This document shows, in pieces, positions 1 through 8,564 of a DNA stretch of 64,000 bases. The notes beneath the pieces were generated by a model, which was given only the letters and a program-made list of their open reading frames with translations, ran no database searches and was not told where the DNA came from. Both the position numbers and the translations under genes were made by a program. Position 1 is the stretch's first letter. Each line of letters begins with the position of its first letter. The stretch is from an uncultured Verrucomicrobiae bacterium (GTDB lineage: Bacteria; Verrucomicrobiota; Verrucomicrobiia; Chthoniobacterales; JAFAMB01), in assembly GCA_963782115.1 (NCBI GenBank), contig CAWAIK010000003.1:384001-448000 (forward strand), given 5' to 3'.

Positions 1-199
1 AGGCCGCCTTGAGCTCCGTCATTTTGCGCGAATCGAGCAGATTCTCGCCTGAGCGCCGAATGTTAGCGAGCAAAAGGTCTTCATTGGAGCCGTGCCAGCG
101 ATAAAGCCAATAGGTTTCTGCCCCCAAGAGCAGGAGAATGCAAAAGGTCAGCACGAGTGCGGATTGTGGTTTAGGGGTGTCGTTTGCCGTGGCCCTCAT
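1..199 (-). CDS. Partial bitopic membrane protein, PilO-like by position (runs off the left edge)
   Basis: ATG at 199-197 overlaps the TGA of the PilN-like gene (ATGA). Reads MRATANDTPKPQSALVLTFCILLLLGAETYWLYRWH..., with one TM segment followed by a helical region, and is open to the window edge. Not in the ORF track. Confidence 0.5.
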   Translation of the reverse strand, partial: MRATANDTPKPQSALVLTFCILLLLGAETYWLYRWHGSNEDLLLANIRRSGENLLDSRKMTELKAA

Positions 200-858
200 A
201 GCGAATTTTGCGCTGCCAGCTTTATCACGCCCAAGCCGTAGTAATTTCCGTTCGTAGGCGCGATCAGTGTGAGTCGGAAGGTTTTATACTGTTGCCCGAC
301 CAGGGGGCTATTGTCAGCTATCTTGCTTTCCGGAGGCAAACTCTGTAGAAGCGCTTGCGCTAGTTTGTTGGACGGGTCTGTCGCGCTGCCCTGCAGTGGC
401 TCTTCACCTTCGATTTCGATACGGACTTGTCGAGGCACCTGAAACAGTCCATTCTCGATCTGGACAGTTTGGAACGCTTCAGCGTCCATCGTTATTTTGG
501 AAACCGTCAGATTAGGAGGGGCGAGCTGTTCAATTTTGCCGAGCACAGCGCTAATTGGCAGACGGGCACGCAGTATTGGCGCTAAATCCTGAATGCGCTT
601 TAGTTTCTTTTCGATATCGGCAAGTGCCTTGTGCTCGCCGGCAATTCTGACAGTATCACCAGCCAATTGAGTCGCTTTTGCCTGCCCCTGCGCAGTAAGG
701 TCTCTCTCATACACGAGCCAGGCGACGAGAGGGACCTGCGCCAGCAAGAAGCAGCAGACTAAAAATCCCGCGAACCTGTACGCCGGATGATACCGGTACA
801 CCTGGCCGGCCAGGATCTCTTTGGAAATCAGATAAGGCTTCATTGGATTACTAACCAA
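196..858 (-). CDS. PilN-like type IV pilus alignment protein
   Basis: N-terminal TM segment, coiled coil (LADIEKKLKRIQDL), then SAVLGKIEQLAPPNLTVSKI, resembling the PilN L..L...lP..v.l..l pattern. Follows the PilM-like gene. Confidence 0.55.
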   Translation of the reverse strand: MVSNPMKPYLISKEILAGQVYRYHPAYRFAGFLVCCFLLAQVPLVAWLVYERDLTAQGQAKATQLAGDTVRIAGEHKALADIEKKLKRIQDLAPILRARLPISAVLGKIEQLAPPNLTVSKITMDAEAFQTVQIENGLFQVPRQVRIEIEGEEPLQGSATDPSNKLAQALLQSLPPESKIADNSPLVGQQYKTFRLTLIAPTNGNYYGLGVIKLAAQNSL

Positions 859-1829
859 TTGAGCAAATGAGCGAGGGGCCGGTCATGTTTAATTTTTTTG
901 CCGTGTCCCTCCTGAAGCGAGAGAGAGGCTCCGCTGATACCTTGGATATTCTCTTCATCTATAATGACGAGGTCTTCGGGGATGCTACGTCGTTCCTCAG
1001 TATGGTTCAGTGCCCAGAGGTATCGAACCGGCCGTTCCAGTCCCAGATCGTCGATCTCCCCTTCGAGAATCGAGAACGCATCCGAAGCGCTTTCCTCTTG
1101 GGAAATGTAAATCAAACTGCGACGCTTGAATGCGGCGCTGACCGCGCCTTGATCGGTCGCGACAACAACAAGAGAATCGCGATCTTTTGTCGCCAGGGTG
1201 CTATTGCACCATGCTAACACCGCTACCGGAAGTGGCAGGATACCGACAATTGAAGCTCCCTGGCTCTGGGTCCAGGATTCCAAGCTTGCGCAGATTTCAT
1301 CCGAAATCCCAAACAACAGCAATGGCTCATCGATGCGGGGATTAGTCTCGAGACCAAGGCTGATCTCTCGGTTAACGATGGCCCAGCGAAATGGCGCTTG
1401 CTCAGGCCAGTTGCCGAAAATTTGTTGTGGATTTTCGTGCATTTCTTCCAAAGCTGACGGCACGTCCTTTTGATGCAGTCGCTCAAGTGTGTCCACCCCG
1501 AAGAATCGATCTTTTTTGTCCGGATCCACGACGAAAAGATGTTTAACGTTTCGGCGCAGCCGGTAACGCGAGGTCAGTTTACGGGATAAAGTGCGCGAAC
1601 CCCGCCCGGTGCCAAGATTCACCTGCCCATTGGCAAGCGGTGGCGCGTCGTTATCCTTCTCAAGGGAAGCTTCATAACCAACACCACCGCGCACGCCCGC
1701 AGCCAGGGCCTGAATGTGTTCGAGGCCGCAAAAAAACACCAGGGTCGGCTCCTTCGTCGACAAGAACCCTCCGGCCAAATAGTGCGTTAGCGGCATTTCT
1801 CGGAAGAAGGTTGTGATGTCGTTATACAT
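840..1829 (-). CDS. PilM-like cytoplasmic type IV pilus assembly protein (divergent)
   Basis: Soluble 329 aa protein between pilC and the pilN-like gene. The segment SIVGILPLPVAVLAW...SLVVVATDQGAVSAAFKRRSLIY resembles the PilM/GspL actin-like fold. Confidence 0.45.
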   Translation of the reverse strand: MYNDITTFFREMPLTHYLAGGFLSTKEPTLVFFCGLEHIQALAAGVRGGVGYEASLEKDNDAPPLANGQVNLGTGRGSRTLSRKLTSRYRLRRNVKHLFVVDPDKKDRFFGVDTLERLHQKDVPSALEEMHENPQQIFGNWPEQAPFRWAIVNREISLGLETNPRIDEPLLLFGISDEICASLESWTQSQGASIVGILPLPVAVLAWCNSTLATKDRDSLVVVATDQGAVSAAFKRRSLIYISQEESASDAFSILEGEIDDLGLERPVRYLWALNHTEERRSIPEDLVIIDEENIQGISGASLSLQEGHGKKIKHDRPLAHLLNWLVIQ

Positions 1830-1833
1830 TGGC

Positions 1834-3069
1834 CTAGAGATGGTGGTACAATTCGATCAACGGCCCATAAACCGCAGAGGCGATTACTCCGATCAGCACG
1901 GCCAAAAACAGGATGATAAGCGGTTTTGCAATCGTTTCGGCGCGTACAACAGTATTATCGAGGTCTCGGTTCATGACGACTGCGAGGCGCTCGAGCATGG
2001 CCACATCAGCCCCAGTCTCTTCCAAGACCCTCAGATACTCGATCGTGCGCTGGCCCAGAATGTCTATTTCTTCTCCCAACGCAGCGCCGAGCGATTCGCC
2101 ATTGGCGACACGGCGGTAGGCGCGCGTTATTGCGGCCCGGTAGGGATAGCACCAACTGATGCCTTGAAGGAGCAGCAGACACTTTAAGCTGTCTACCTTG
2201 GATTTTTTCAAAGTGGCCAGCGTCTGAACGAAATTGGCCCGGATAGAAGCCAAAACCAGATTTTCAACGAACGGTACCTTCAAGATCCATTGGTGCAGCA
2301 TCGGCGTGGATCTGATCAGGGACGGCAAACGCATGAGAAGGTAAATGAGGGCACCGATTGCAAACAAATAAACAAGCGGATACGCTCCGACGAATTTTCC
2401 TACCTCGATAGTCAACTTAGATTGCCAGGGCAGCTCGCCTTTGAAATATTGCAGGACCTTTCCCAGCTGCGGGAGAGGCCCGGTGGCCAATTGGTAAACG
2501 ACAATTGCCGCGATCGCCAGCACCACGATCGGGTAGAGGGAAACCGAGACGATTTTGTCCCGGACCTTTTCTTCGCGTGTCGTCAATTGGCGGATGGCGC
2601 CAAACGCTTCCGACAAGGAACCCGAGTGCTCTCCGGCATCGACCAAACCCATTGCAACCTGGCCGAAGAGATTTGGGTACTGGCTGGCTGACTCGCTCAA
2701 CGATTGGCCTTGCTGAAGTCTCTTGCACAAGTCGCCGGCGATCTGTTTGAGTGGGTTTTTTGACGTAATGCAAGGCAGGAATCCCGTGGTTTTTTCCGCC
2801 GTCGTGATGTGCGCGATTTCGACCGCGCGCGCTGGGTCAAATCCCAGAGAAGAAGACGATTCCAACTGTTCGAAAAACAGGACTTTGTCCAGCGGTTTAA
2901 TCTGCTTTCTCGCTAAGGCCGGCAATTCCCGGTTATCCAAAACGTCTACCACCGCTTGCCTGCGCTCCAGAAGATGAAGCGTTAGCTCCATCGGTGAGGA
3001 GGCCGCCATCCTCAGTATCCGGTATGGACCATGTTTGCGGTCCTGAAAGACGGCTGTAAATTGGTGCAT
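1834..3069 (-). CDS. pilC: Type II secretion system F family / PilC inner-membrane platform protein
   Basis: Two T2SSF repeats: GQSLSESASQYPNLF, AGEHSGSLSEAF, SLYPIVVL, GESLGAAL, and C-terminal IASAVYGPLIELY. Confidence 0.85.
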   Translation of the reverse strand: MHQFTAVFQDRKHGPYRILRMAASSPMELTLHLLERRQAVVDVLDNRELPALARKQIKPLDKVLFFEQLESSSSLGFDPARAVEIAHITTAEKTTGFLPCITSKNPLKQIAGDLCKRLQQGQSLSESASQYPNLFGQVAMGLVDAGEHSGSLSEAFGAIRQLTTREEKVRDKIVSVSLYPIVVLAIAAIVVYQLATGPLPQLGKVLQYFKGELPWQSKLTIEVGKFVGAYPLVYLFAIGALIYLLMRLPSLIRSTPMLHQWILKVPFVENLVLASIRANFVQTLATLKKSKVDSLKCLLLLQGISWCYPYRAAITRAYRRVANGESLGAALGEEIDILGQRTIEYLRVLEETGADVAMLERLAVVMNRDLDNTVVRAETIAKPLIILFLAVLIGVIASAVYGPLIELYHHL

Positions 3070-3232
3070 ACAAATACTTCAAACGTTTTAATCCACCTGT
3101 TTTCTTCGACTTTCGCTGAATCCCGAAACAGAAGACAAGCTAATTTCTCTTTTTACCTTTTAAAAAAAGAAGGCGAAGTTGTTGATTTATTAGCCTGGAA
3201 GCAGTTCGCGCAAAACACACGGGGAACACCGA

Positions 3233-3682
3233 TCATCCTCCGCCGTCCGCGAAAGTGATCATTTGTACGATTGGTTGCATGTCAGCCGAAATATGAGTTA
3301 GGTCCACATGTTTGTCGATCGTCACTCCGCTCGAGAATGTTCCGTAGTCGGTAACTGTGCGCCCGGTCCCGGCAAGCAGCTGATTTTCCCCCGTTACAGG
3401 AACTCCCATAGCCGTGAGGTAAGGTTCAAGAACTGCAAAGCTGGCCGCGCTGGTGTCACTTATCGCAGGATTATCCATCAAATAGCGCGCTTTGGCGTCC
3501 TGGATTTCCCGGACGGCGTTACAGAGTTGAGTGGCTACGCTTTTATCCCTTGACCCCACGATGACGGAACTGATGCTTGCGGCTATCGAAGCGATGATCG
3601 CTATGGCGACAAGAACCTGGATCAGGCCCTCGCCTCGCTCGTGGAATCTGTTGATATCCTTCCAATAATTCTCTGTTTTCAT
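3233..3682 (-). CDS. Type IV pilin-like protein with atypical prepilin motif
   Basis: Likely start MKTENYW at 3682. RG|EGLIQVLVAIAIIASIAA hydrophobic helix, then CNAVREIQDAKARYLMDNP, which parallels the second pilin (CAANLATIEGAKDEFSRDNP). Confidence 0.75.
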   Translation of the reverse strand: MKTENYWKDINRFHERGEGLIQVLVAIAIIASIAASISSVIVGSRDKSVATQLCNAVREIQDAKARYLMDNPAISDTSAASFAVLEPYLTAMGVPVTGENQLLAGTGRTVTDYGTFSSGVTIDKHVDLTHISADMQPIVQMITFADGGG

Positions 3683-3881
3683 AGAAATCAGGCGAGTAAA
3701 TCTACGGGTTTCAGCCCTCGGTAGAATCGCCGGCTTGTTGTTGCAATAGTTGTAGCCGTCTGTCTGTCCGCTGGATCCGGCGACAATATTTGAAACTAAT
3801 TCTTGGATGGTTGTGCTGAAAGTTTGGCGCTGATTGGAACCTCTGCCTGAAGCTTTAATGGCCAGCACCGGCATGTTCGAT

Positions 3882-4030
3882 CTTGCGGGACTCCCCCCTC
3901 GACAATGTCGAGATTCCGCCTGATCCGCCCACGCAGGATCCGTCCTGATCGTGCCGGGCTTTATCTTTCCAGGAGACTGGACCAAGACTTTCAGAGCCCG
4001 AGACTGAGCAAGCATCTCCGGGTGAGTCCC
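3882..4030 (-). ncRNA. Candidate structured RNA A (leader of the pilin gene)
   Basis: GGGACUC (4030-4024) pairs with GAGUCCC (3893-3887) and encloses several hairpins. Terminal hairpin CUCGAC-AUU-GUCGAG, then GGGGGAGUCCC-GCAAG. Same layout as 7101-7280. Confidence 0.4.
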
Positions 4031-4178
4031 TGATTTGTCTTTCAACGTAGTGCATTTCTGTACTTCTTGGTCTGTCCAACCTTGGCTGTATTTCTATAAG
4101 CTCGGCGGTTTTTGGGTAGTTAACTCGCTTAAGTACGTAAAACCTCAATCGTTGTATACGTCTGAATTACTTGCAAGA

Positions 4179-4946
4179 TTATTTCGAAGATTCCAGAGGT
4201 TGCAAGACTATAATGTTGACCTCGCCCGCTATGGATAGAACAAAGGGTGTCTTGTCGGGAAGGAAACAGTAGCGGCCATCTCGCACAACTGCTTGCCTCT
4301 GTAGACTTTCGCTTTCGCAGGAGGTCTCCTTTCCTTGGATCCCGTGAAAACCGGTGTCCGCGTCTTGCACTTCTGCGTGAACGCGCACTTCGCGGTTGTC
4401 GGCAATAATCGACCAATTCCCCTGCGAATCCACTCTCCCGCTATCGGGGTCTATATGGGCGATGCCAGCAACTTTGCTCCCGGCTGCAATCAAGATCTTG
4501 CCCGCCGACGCGACATCTTCAGTTATAACGCCTTTCATAACAATGCGTTCGCCCCGAGACGCATTGCTAATATAACCCTCTGTCCGACATTGGATCAATA
4601 AAGTCTGGGTGGCCTGGCTCTGTTGGTGGCAGGATATTGAAAGCATTGTCATGACGTTAGGTTTGCCTGTTTCTGGTGAGCGTTGAAGGGGCCTAGTTGC
4701 GGTAGGAGCCAAGGCCGGCGGGGTCTCTTGAAGAGATGCCCGCAGGAGCTTTGCGAACACGTCTGTTCTCCGGTACGCCAAGCCCTTATCCGCTGGCGCC
4801 TGAAAGACTATTGCCAATATCGGTCTGGGAAGAGCAGCGGTTGACACCTTCTTGGTCACAATGTCGTCCTGAACTTCTGCTGGGAGGCTTAGAACGGCAG
4901 CCAAGGAAACCGCTAGAGGCGCAAAGCACCATCTCAAGATATTCAT
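4179..4946 (-). CDS. TrbI/VirB10-like (T4SS core complex) protein with signal peptide
   Basis: Signal peptide, and KGVITEDVASAGKILIAAGSKVAGIA matches the VirB10/TrbI 'V..DV....g..lLIp.Gs.l.G' motif. Also DADTGFHGIQG and C-terminal FLPDKTPFVL. Confidence 0.6.
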   Translation of the reverse strand: MNILRWCFAPLAVSLAAVLSLPAEVQDDIVTKKVSTAALPRPILAIVFQAPADKGLAYRRTDVFAKLLRASLQETPPALAPTATRPLQRSPETGKPNVMTMLSISCHQQSQATQTLLIQCRTEGYISNASRGERIVMKGVITEDVASAGKILIAAGSKVAGIAHIDPDSGRVDSQGNWSIIADNREVRVHAEVQDADTGFHGIQGKETSCESESLQRQAVVRDGRYCFLPDKTPFVLSIAGEVNIIVLQPLESSK

Positions 4947-5325
4947 GTGGACTGTTCGTTATTTTGACATCCTTCCTATCTCCGCTTCGGAGTTGAGAAA
5001 GGGGCTTCCCTTTAAGATAGGATTTAGGTCCTATCCTCAAAGAATTTTCGCCGTATCGCGTTAAAGCCCGGGCCCTCGAACACGCCGCTTATAGCGGTTC
5101 ACCATATCGTATGTCAAACTCTTTCTTTTCAGTTGTATCCCAGTGCGTCTTAGACGCCTGCCGGGCTAATAACGCTGGAAATGAAACTACAACTTGGCAG
5201 CTTTGAACACCGTATGCTTCCCTCCTTTTTCTGCGCGCCTTCCTGAGTCCGCAGCTTCACGGCTATCGGCAAGAGGAAGGGAACGAAACTGATCGCCAGA
5301 GCGATGAGGAGGATGTCTAAAGAAT

Positions 5326-5769
5326 CTAGCGCGAACGGAATCGATTAGCCAGGGCCCTTGTGATGGCCTCCTTTACGACAGGATGCCTCAACGCCCATCG
5401 GTACTGGAACACCTTGTTTTCGTATTGTTCTGCATACTGGAGGTCGAGTGCAGCCTCGAGGCGGGCCAGCGAGATCTTGCCGGGGATTTTTTCTTCGACT
5501 TCGTCGAGAATTTCCAGGCAATACTGTATCACCAGCCTTACAGCCCTTTGTGAGATGTCATCCATCTCTTGGGTGCAGACGCGGAAAAACGTTTGCCAGT
5601 TCAGCTTTTGAATTCCATCCAGCCAAGGCTCCTTTCCGACAAAGAATGTGAACCCAGTTGCATCCTTCTCGGCTAAAAATTCATCCAGCGAAAGGGAGGT
5701 GCCACGGGTATTGCTAAAATTCCAGCGCGTCTCCCCAGCCCTAGATTGCCTGGCAGTAGCTCTAACCAT
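5326..5769 (-). CDS. Hypothetical protein
   Basis: 147 aa ORF with globular, helical composition, divergent from rep. No family recognised. Confidence 0.55.
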   Translation of the reverse strand: MVRATARQSRAGETRWNFSNTRGTSLSLDEFLAEKDATGFTFFVGKEPWLDGIQKLNWQTFFRVCTQEMDDISQRAVRLVIQYCLEILDEVEEKIPGKISLARLEAALDLQYAEQYENKVFQYRWALRHPVVKEAITRALANRFRSR

Positions 5770-6104
5770 TATAGGTAGGAATGCGTTTTGAAGTTTCCGT
5801 ATTGAGAGATGCCCTTAAATTAAATTTTCTCCGATTTGTAAAGATCAATGATGCTTCTGGCGGGACAAAAGCCGGAAATTTCGAAGCGCCAGGTGCGCTC
5901 ACGTCGTCATGAAATCAAAGTCGACGGCCCGACACTCCGACGCTCGCGCATCCCACCGCTCAAGCGGCGCGGCGGACTTTCGGAAGTCCTTTTCCTGTAA
6001 ATCTTGCTCGCGATCAGAAAAGCTCGCCTTCATCCCTGGATTTCGTGTGCAATCCTGGCTTACATGTATGACAAAACTGACCCTCAAGGAGGAAACTCGG
6101 AAGA

Positions 6105-6896
6105 GTGAAAAAGAGTCAAACCCCGCAAGGCTCTGGCAGAAAGACGCCTCCCCATTTGGAACTCTCGTTACCGACGGTTGAAGAACAAGGTATCCTCGAG
6201 AGCTTCTCCAAGCTTCCGCAGACAGAGCGCGATATTGTCCGGCGGCTCTTAGAAAACTTCGGTCCGCAGCAGACCGGGATAATTAGGCTCCGCGTTCCCT
6301 TCGGTGCCAAACAGGTCAACGAGCGCCGTAAATTTCTTTTGCCGGTATACAGGCTGATTCGCTATCATCGTCTGGTTTTCGATAGTGTCGCGGATGGCGC
6401 TCTCCGCTCGACCTACTTACCTTGGCTTGAATCTATCACGCATGTTAAGGCTGGAGAACAGGAAGAACTGGAGCTCAAACTGAATAGCAATTACGAGCAA
6501 ATCTGGCGTAATTTGAAGAACCACTTAGGCGAGTCTGGCGTACGGCTCAAAAGCCAATACTCCACTCGACTGTATCAATGGGCAAAGCAGCACTTGGCGG
6601 TCGGATACAGGCGGGTGAGCTTGGCTACTCTCCGTACGGTTTTAGGATTGGAGGATATCCGGGATAGTTCAGGAAAACTGCTGCAGGAAGCGCCGCTCGA
6701 GTCTTGGGCAAACGTCAAACAACGCGCGCTCGATCACGCTCTTAAAGAAATCAACACACACACCGACATTTCGCTGGAGGTGGAGTTTACCGGAAGGGGC
6801 CGCTATCGCAAGGTGCAGAGCTTGGGTTTTCGAATCACACCAAACAAACACTCAAGGCAAGGAGGCGCCTTAGTTAGCGCGTCCAGGACGTTGTAG
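6105..6896 (+). CDS. Rep_3 (RepB/RepA-type) replication initiation protein
   Basis: LKSQYSTRLYQW, VSLATLRTVLGL, WANVKQRALDHALKEINTHTDI and GRYRKVQSLGFRI match the second winged helix of iteron-plasmid initiators. Confidence 0.8.
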   Translation: MKKSQTPQGSGRKTPPHLELSLPTVEEQGILESFSKLPQTERDIVRRLLENFGPQQTGIIRLRVPFGAKQVNERRKFLLPVYRLIRYHRLVFDSVADGALRSTYLPWLESITHVKAGEQEELELKLNSNYEQIWRNLKNHLGESGVRLKSQYSTRLYQWAKQHLAVGYRRVSLATLRTVLGLEDIRDSSGKLLQEAPLESWANVKQRALDHALKEINTHTDISLEVEFTGRGRYRKVQSLGFRITPNKHSRQGGALVSASRTL

Positions 6897-7100
6897 CGCA
6901 AGCCAAAGCCATGGAGAGCATCCGTCCCAAGCCTCTAGAACCCCCTTGCCAGGGACCCTGAGTGCCACGACCACAGCGAAGGTGATAGCCTATTGTTTGT
7001 TGAAAAAAGGGGAGGGCCCAACATTTGAGCGTGGAGTTTTTTTAAAAAAAACTTTTGCAGAGCAACGTGGTTTCCTATTAGATGGGAGTGTTAATCTAAT

Positions 7101-7280
7101 GGGAACCTCCGGCTAGTGGTTGAAGGTTGGCCAAGTGCGGAAGCGCTGTTGAGACAGGCGATATCGGGGCAAAACCAATCCGCGAGCGGGAAAGCTCAAT
7201 GCGCAAGCGAGAGCCGCAGAGAACATCAGACGTAAACTTTTTAGAACCCTTTGGATTTATCCAAGGGGAGGTTCCGTAAG
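7101..7280 (+). ncRNA. Candidate structured RNA B (leader of the VirB9/TraN-like gene)
   Basis: GGAACCTCC (7102-7110) is the exact reverse complement of GGAGGTTCC (7267-7275). Internal GNRA-type hairpins and terminal hairpin CCCTTTGGA-TTTA-TCCAAGGGG, followed by GTAAG. Confidence 0.45.
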
Positions 7281-7388
7281 CAACAAAAAGTAACAAGAGT
7301 GTGTGAAACGCGTGTCCCTGATTTGCAAAGCATGAGCACCAACGGCATTCCTCAAACCTAAAGGAGTGGAGCTCCTACCTCAGACTGT

Positions 7389-8558
7389 ATGAATCGGCAT
7401 TTGATTCTTTTTTTTACCCCGTATCTAAGTGCAACATTTTGTATTTTAAGTTGTTATTCCCAGGAATCGGACCCCGTTAAAACCGACCCTGACCTGAGCA
7501 AGAAGGTGGTCCGCACGACTCTCAATCAGAGCGAACCAGCCGTAGTAAGGGTCGGCCTGCAAGGAATAACGACGCTGGAGTTTCCGGCGAAAATCGAGGC
7601 GATCAATGGATATGGTTTTGCGGTGCAGCCGAAACCGGACACCGATAAATTCCAACTTATCTACGATAAGGGAACGAACTTCCTGTCACTCAAGGCCTTG
7701 AGAGCAGACGTTCGCGCAAATCTTACCGTGGTACTGAATGAAAAAGTGTACTGCTTCTATTGCGAGGAAGCGAGTGACCCGAGTTTCGTGGAGATCTTTG
7801 GAGCGCCCGGCGAGAACAGATTTGTAGCGACGGGCGAGCCGCAGACACCGGCTTCCGATAAAACGGCTGCCAGCCGGGATCGGCTGCTTAGCTTCCTGGA
7901 CCAAGTAAAGACCTATTCCGCTCTCCAGACCAGTTCGCCGGATTCGATCGCTTCTCTAAGGGCTGTCGAACCAAATAAGCGAGCGACGGTTGGTCAAATC
8001 GAGACTGTGATCAAGCGCGTGGTCTCCGATCGGTCCCTCGGTTTAACAGGCTTCGAGGTCCAGCTTGGCAATAGGAGTCAGTCGGATTTTTATTTTGATC
8101 CCGAAGGATTTTCCGTCCGGGTCGGCGATGCAAGATACGACGCATGTATTTCGGATGCCGGCGGAATTGTGCCGGCACAGACATCGGTTCCGGTGTTTTT
8201 TGTCGTGACAGGAGCAGCCACGAATGGAGGCCCGAATGATCTGTCAGTAGACCAGGATTTCGACCTGCTGATGCGCCCGACGAATTCTGGCGCAAACGCC
8301 AATTTGGCAGCGACTTTCACGGAACCGCCCGTTGATCATCTCCCGACGGCCGCCGACGCCGCTAAAGATGAGAACAAGGCCGACAATGCCGGAAAGGGAG
8401 ACCTCAGGAAGGCGGATAAAGAGCCGAAGAAGAAGAATAAGAATAAGGAGGTCTCTGCGCAAGTTAACGCTAAGGACCACACGAACAAACCACAGGAGCC
8501 TGCGCCCAAGAAACACTGGCTTGATCTGTTTAGACGCAATACTGTCACGGCCCAATAG
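7389..8558 (+). CDS. Secreted VirB9/TrbG/TraN(DUF4138)-like T4SS outer-membrane core protein
   Basis: Signal peptide. VRVGLQGITTLEFPAKIEAING...NFLSLKA...ANLTVVLNEKVYCF resembles the VirB9/TraN N-terminal domain. The second domain has FEVQLGNRSQSDFYFD, and the tail is Lys-rich. Confidence 0.55.
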   Translation: MNRHLILFFTPYLSATFCILSCYSQESDPVKTDPDLSKKVVRTTLNQSEPAVVRVGLQGITTLEFPAKIEAINGYGFAVQPKPDTDKFQLIYDKGTNFLSLKALRADVRANLTVVLNEKVYCFYCEEASDPSFVEIFGAPGENRFVATGEPQTPASDKTAASRDRLLSFLDQVKTYSALQTSSPDSIASLRAVEPNKRATVGQIETVIKRVVSDRSLGLTGFEVQLGNRSQSDFYFDPEGFSVRVGDARYDACISDAGGIVPAQTSVPVFFVVTGAATNGGPNDLSVDQDFDLLMRPTNSGANANLAATFTEPPVDHLPTAADAAKDENKADNAGKGDLRKADKEPKKKNKNKEVSAQVNAKDHTNKPQEPAPKKHWLDLFRRNTVTAQ

Positions 8559-8564
8559 TCGCCA

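Noticed and set aside
3683..4045. 121-aa N-terminal extension of the pilin in the ORF track
   Set aside because: The prepilin motif follows a short leader from ATG 3682. The extension is not protein-like and overlaps candidate structured RNA A.
5770..7100. Iteron-containing plasmid origin around rep
   Set aside because: No repeated 17-22-bp units found by eye, only A/T tracts near 7036-7053.
7155..7235. Group I intron-like P/Q/R motifs (ATATCGGGGCAAA, CAATCCGCGAGC, GCAGAGAAC) in RNA B
   Set aside because: No convincing P7/S partner and no interrupted host gene. Kept only as an unspecified structured RNA.
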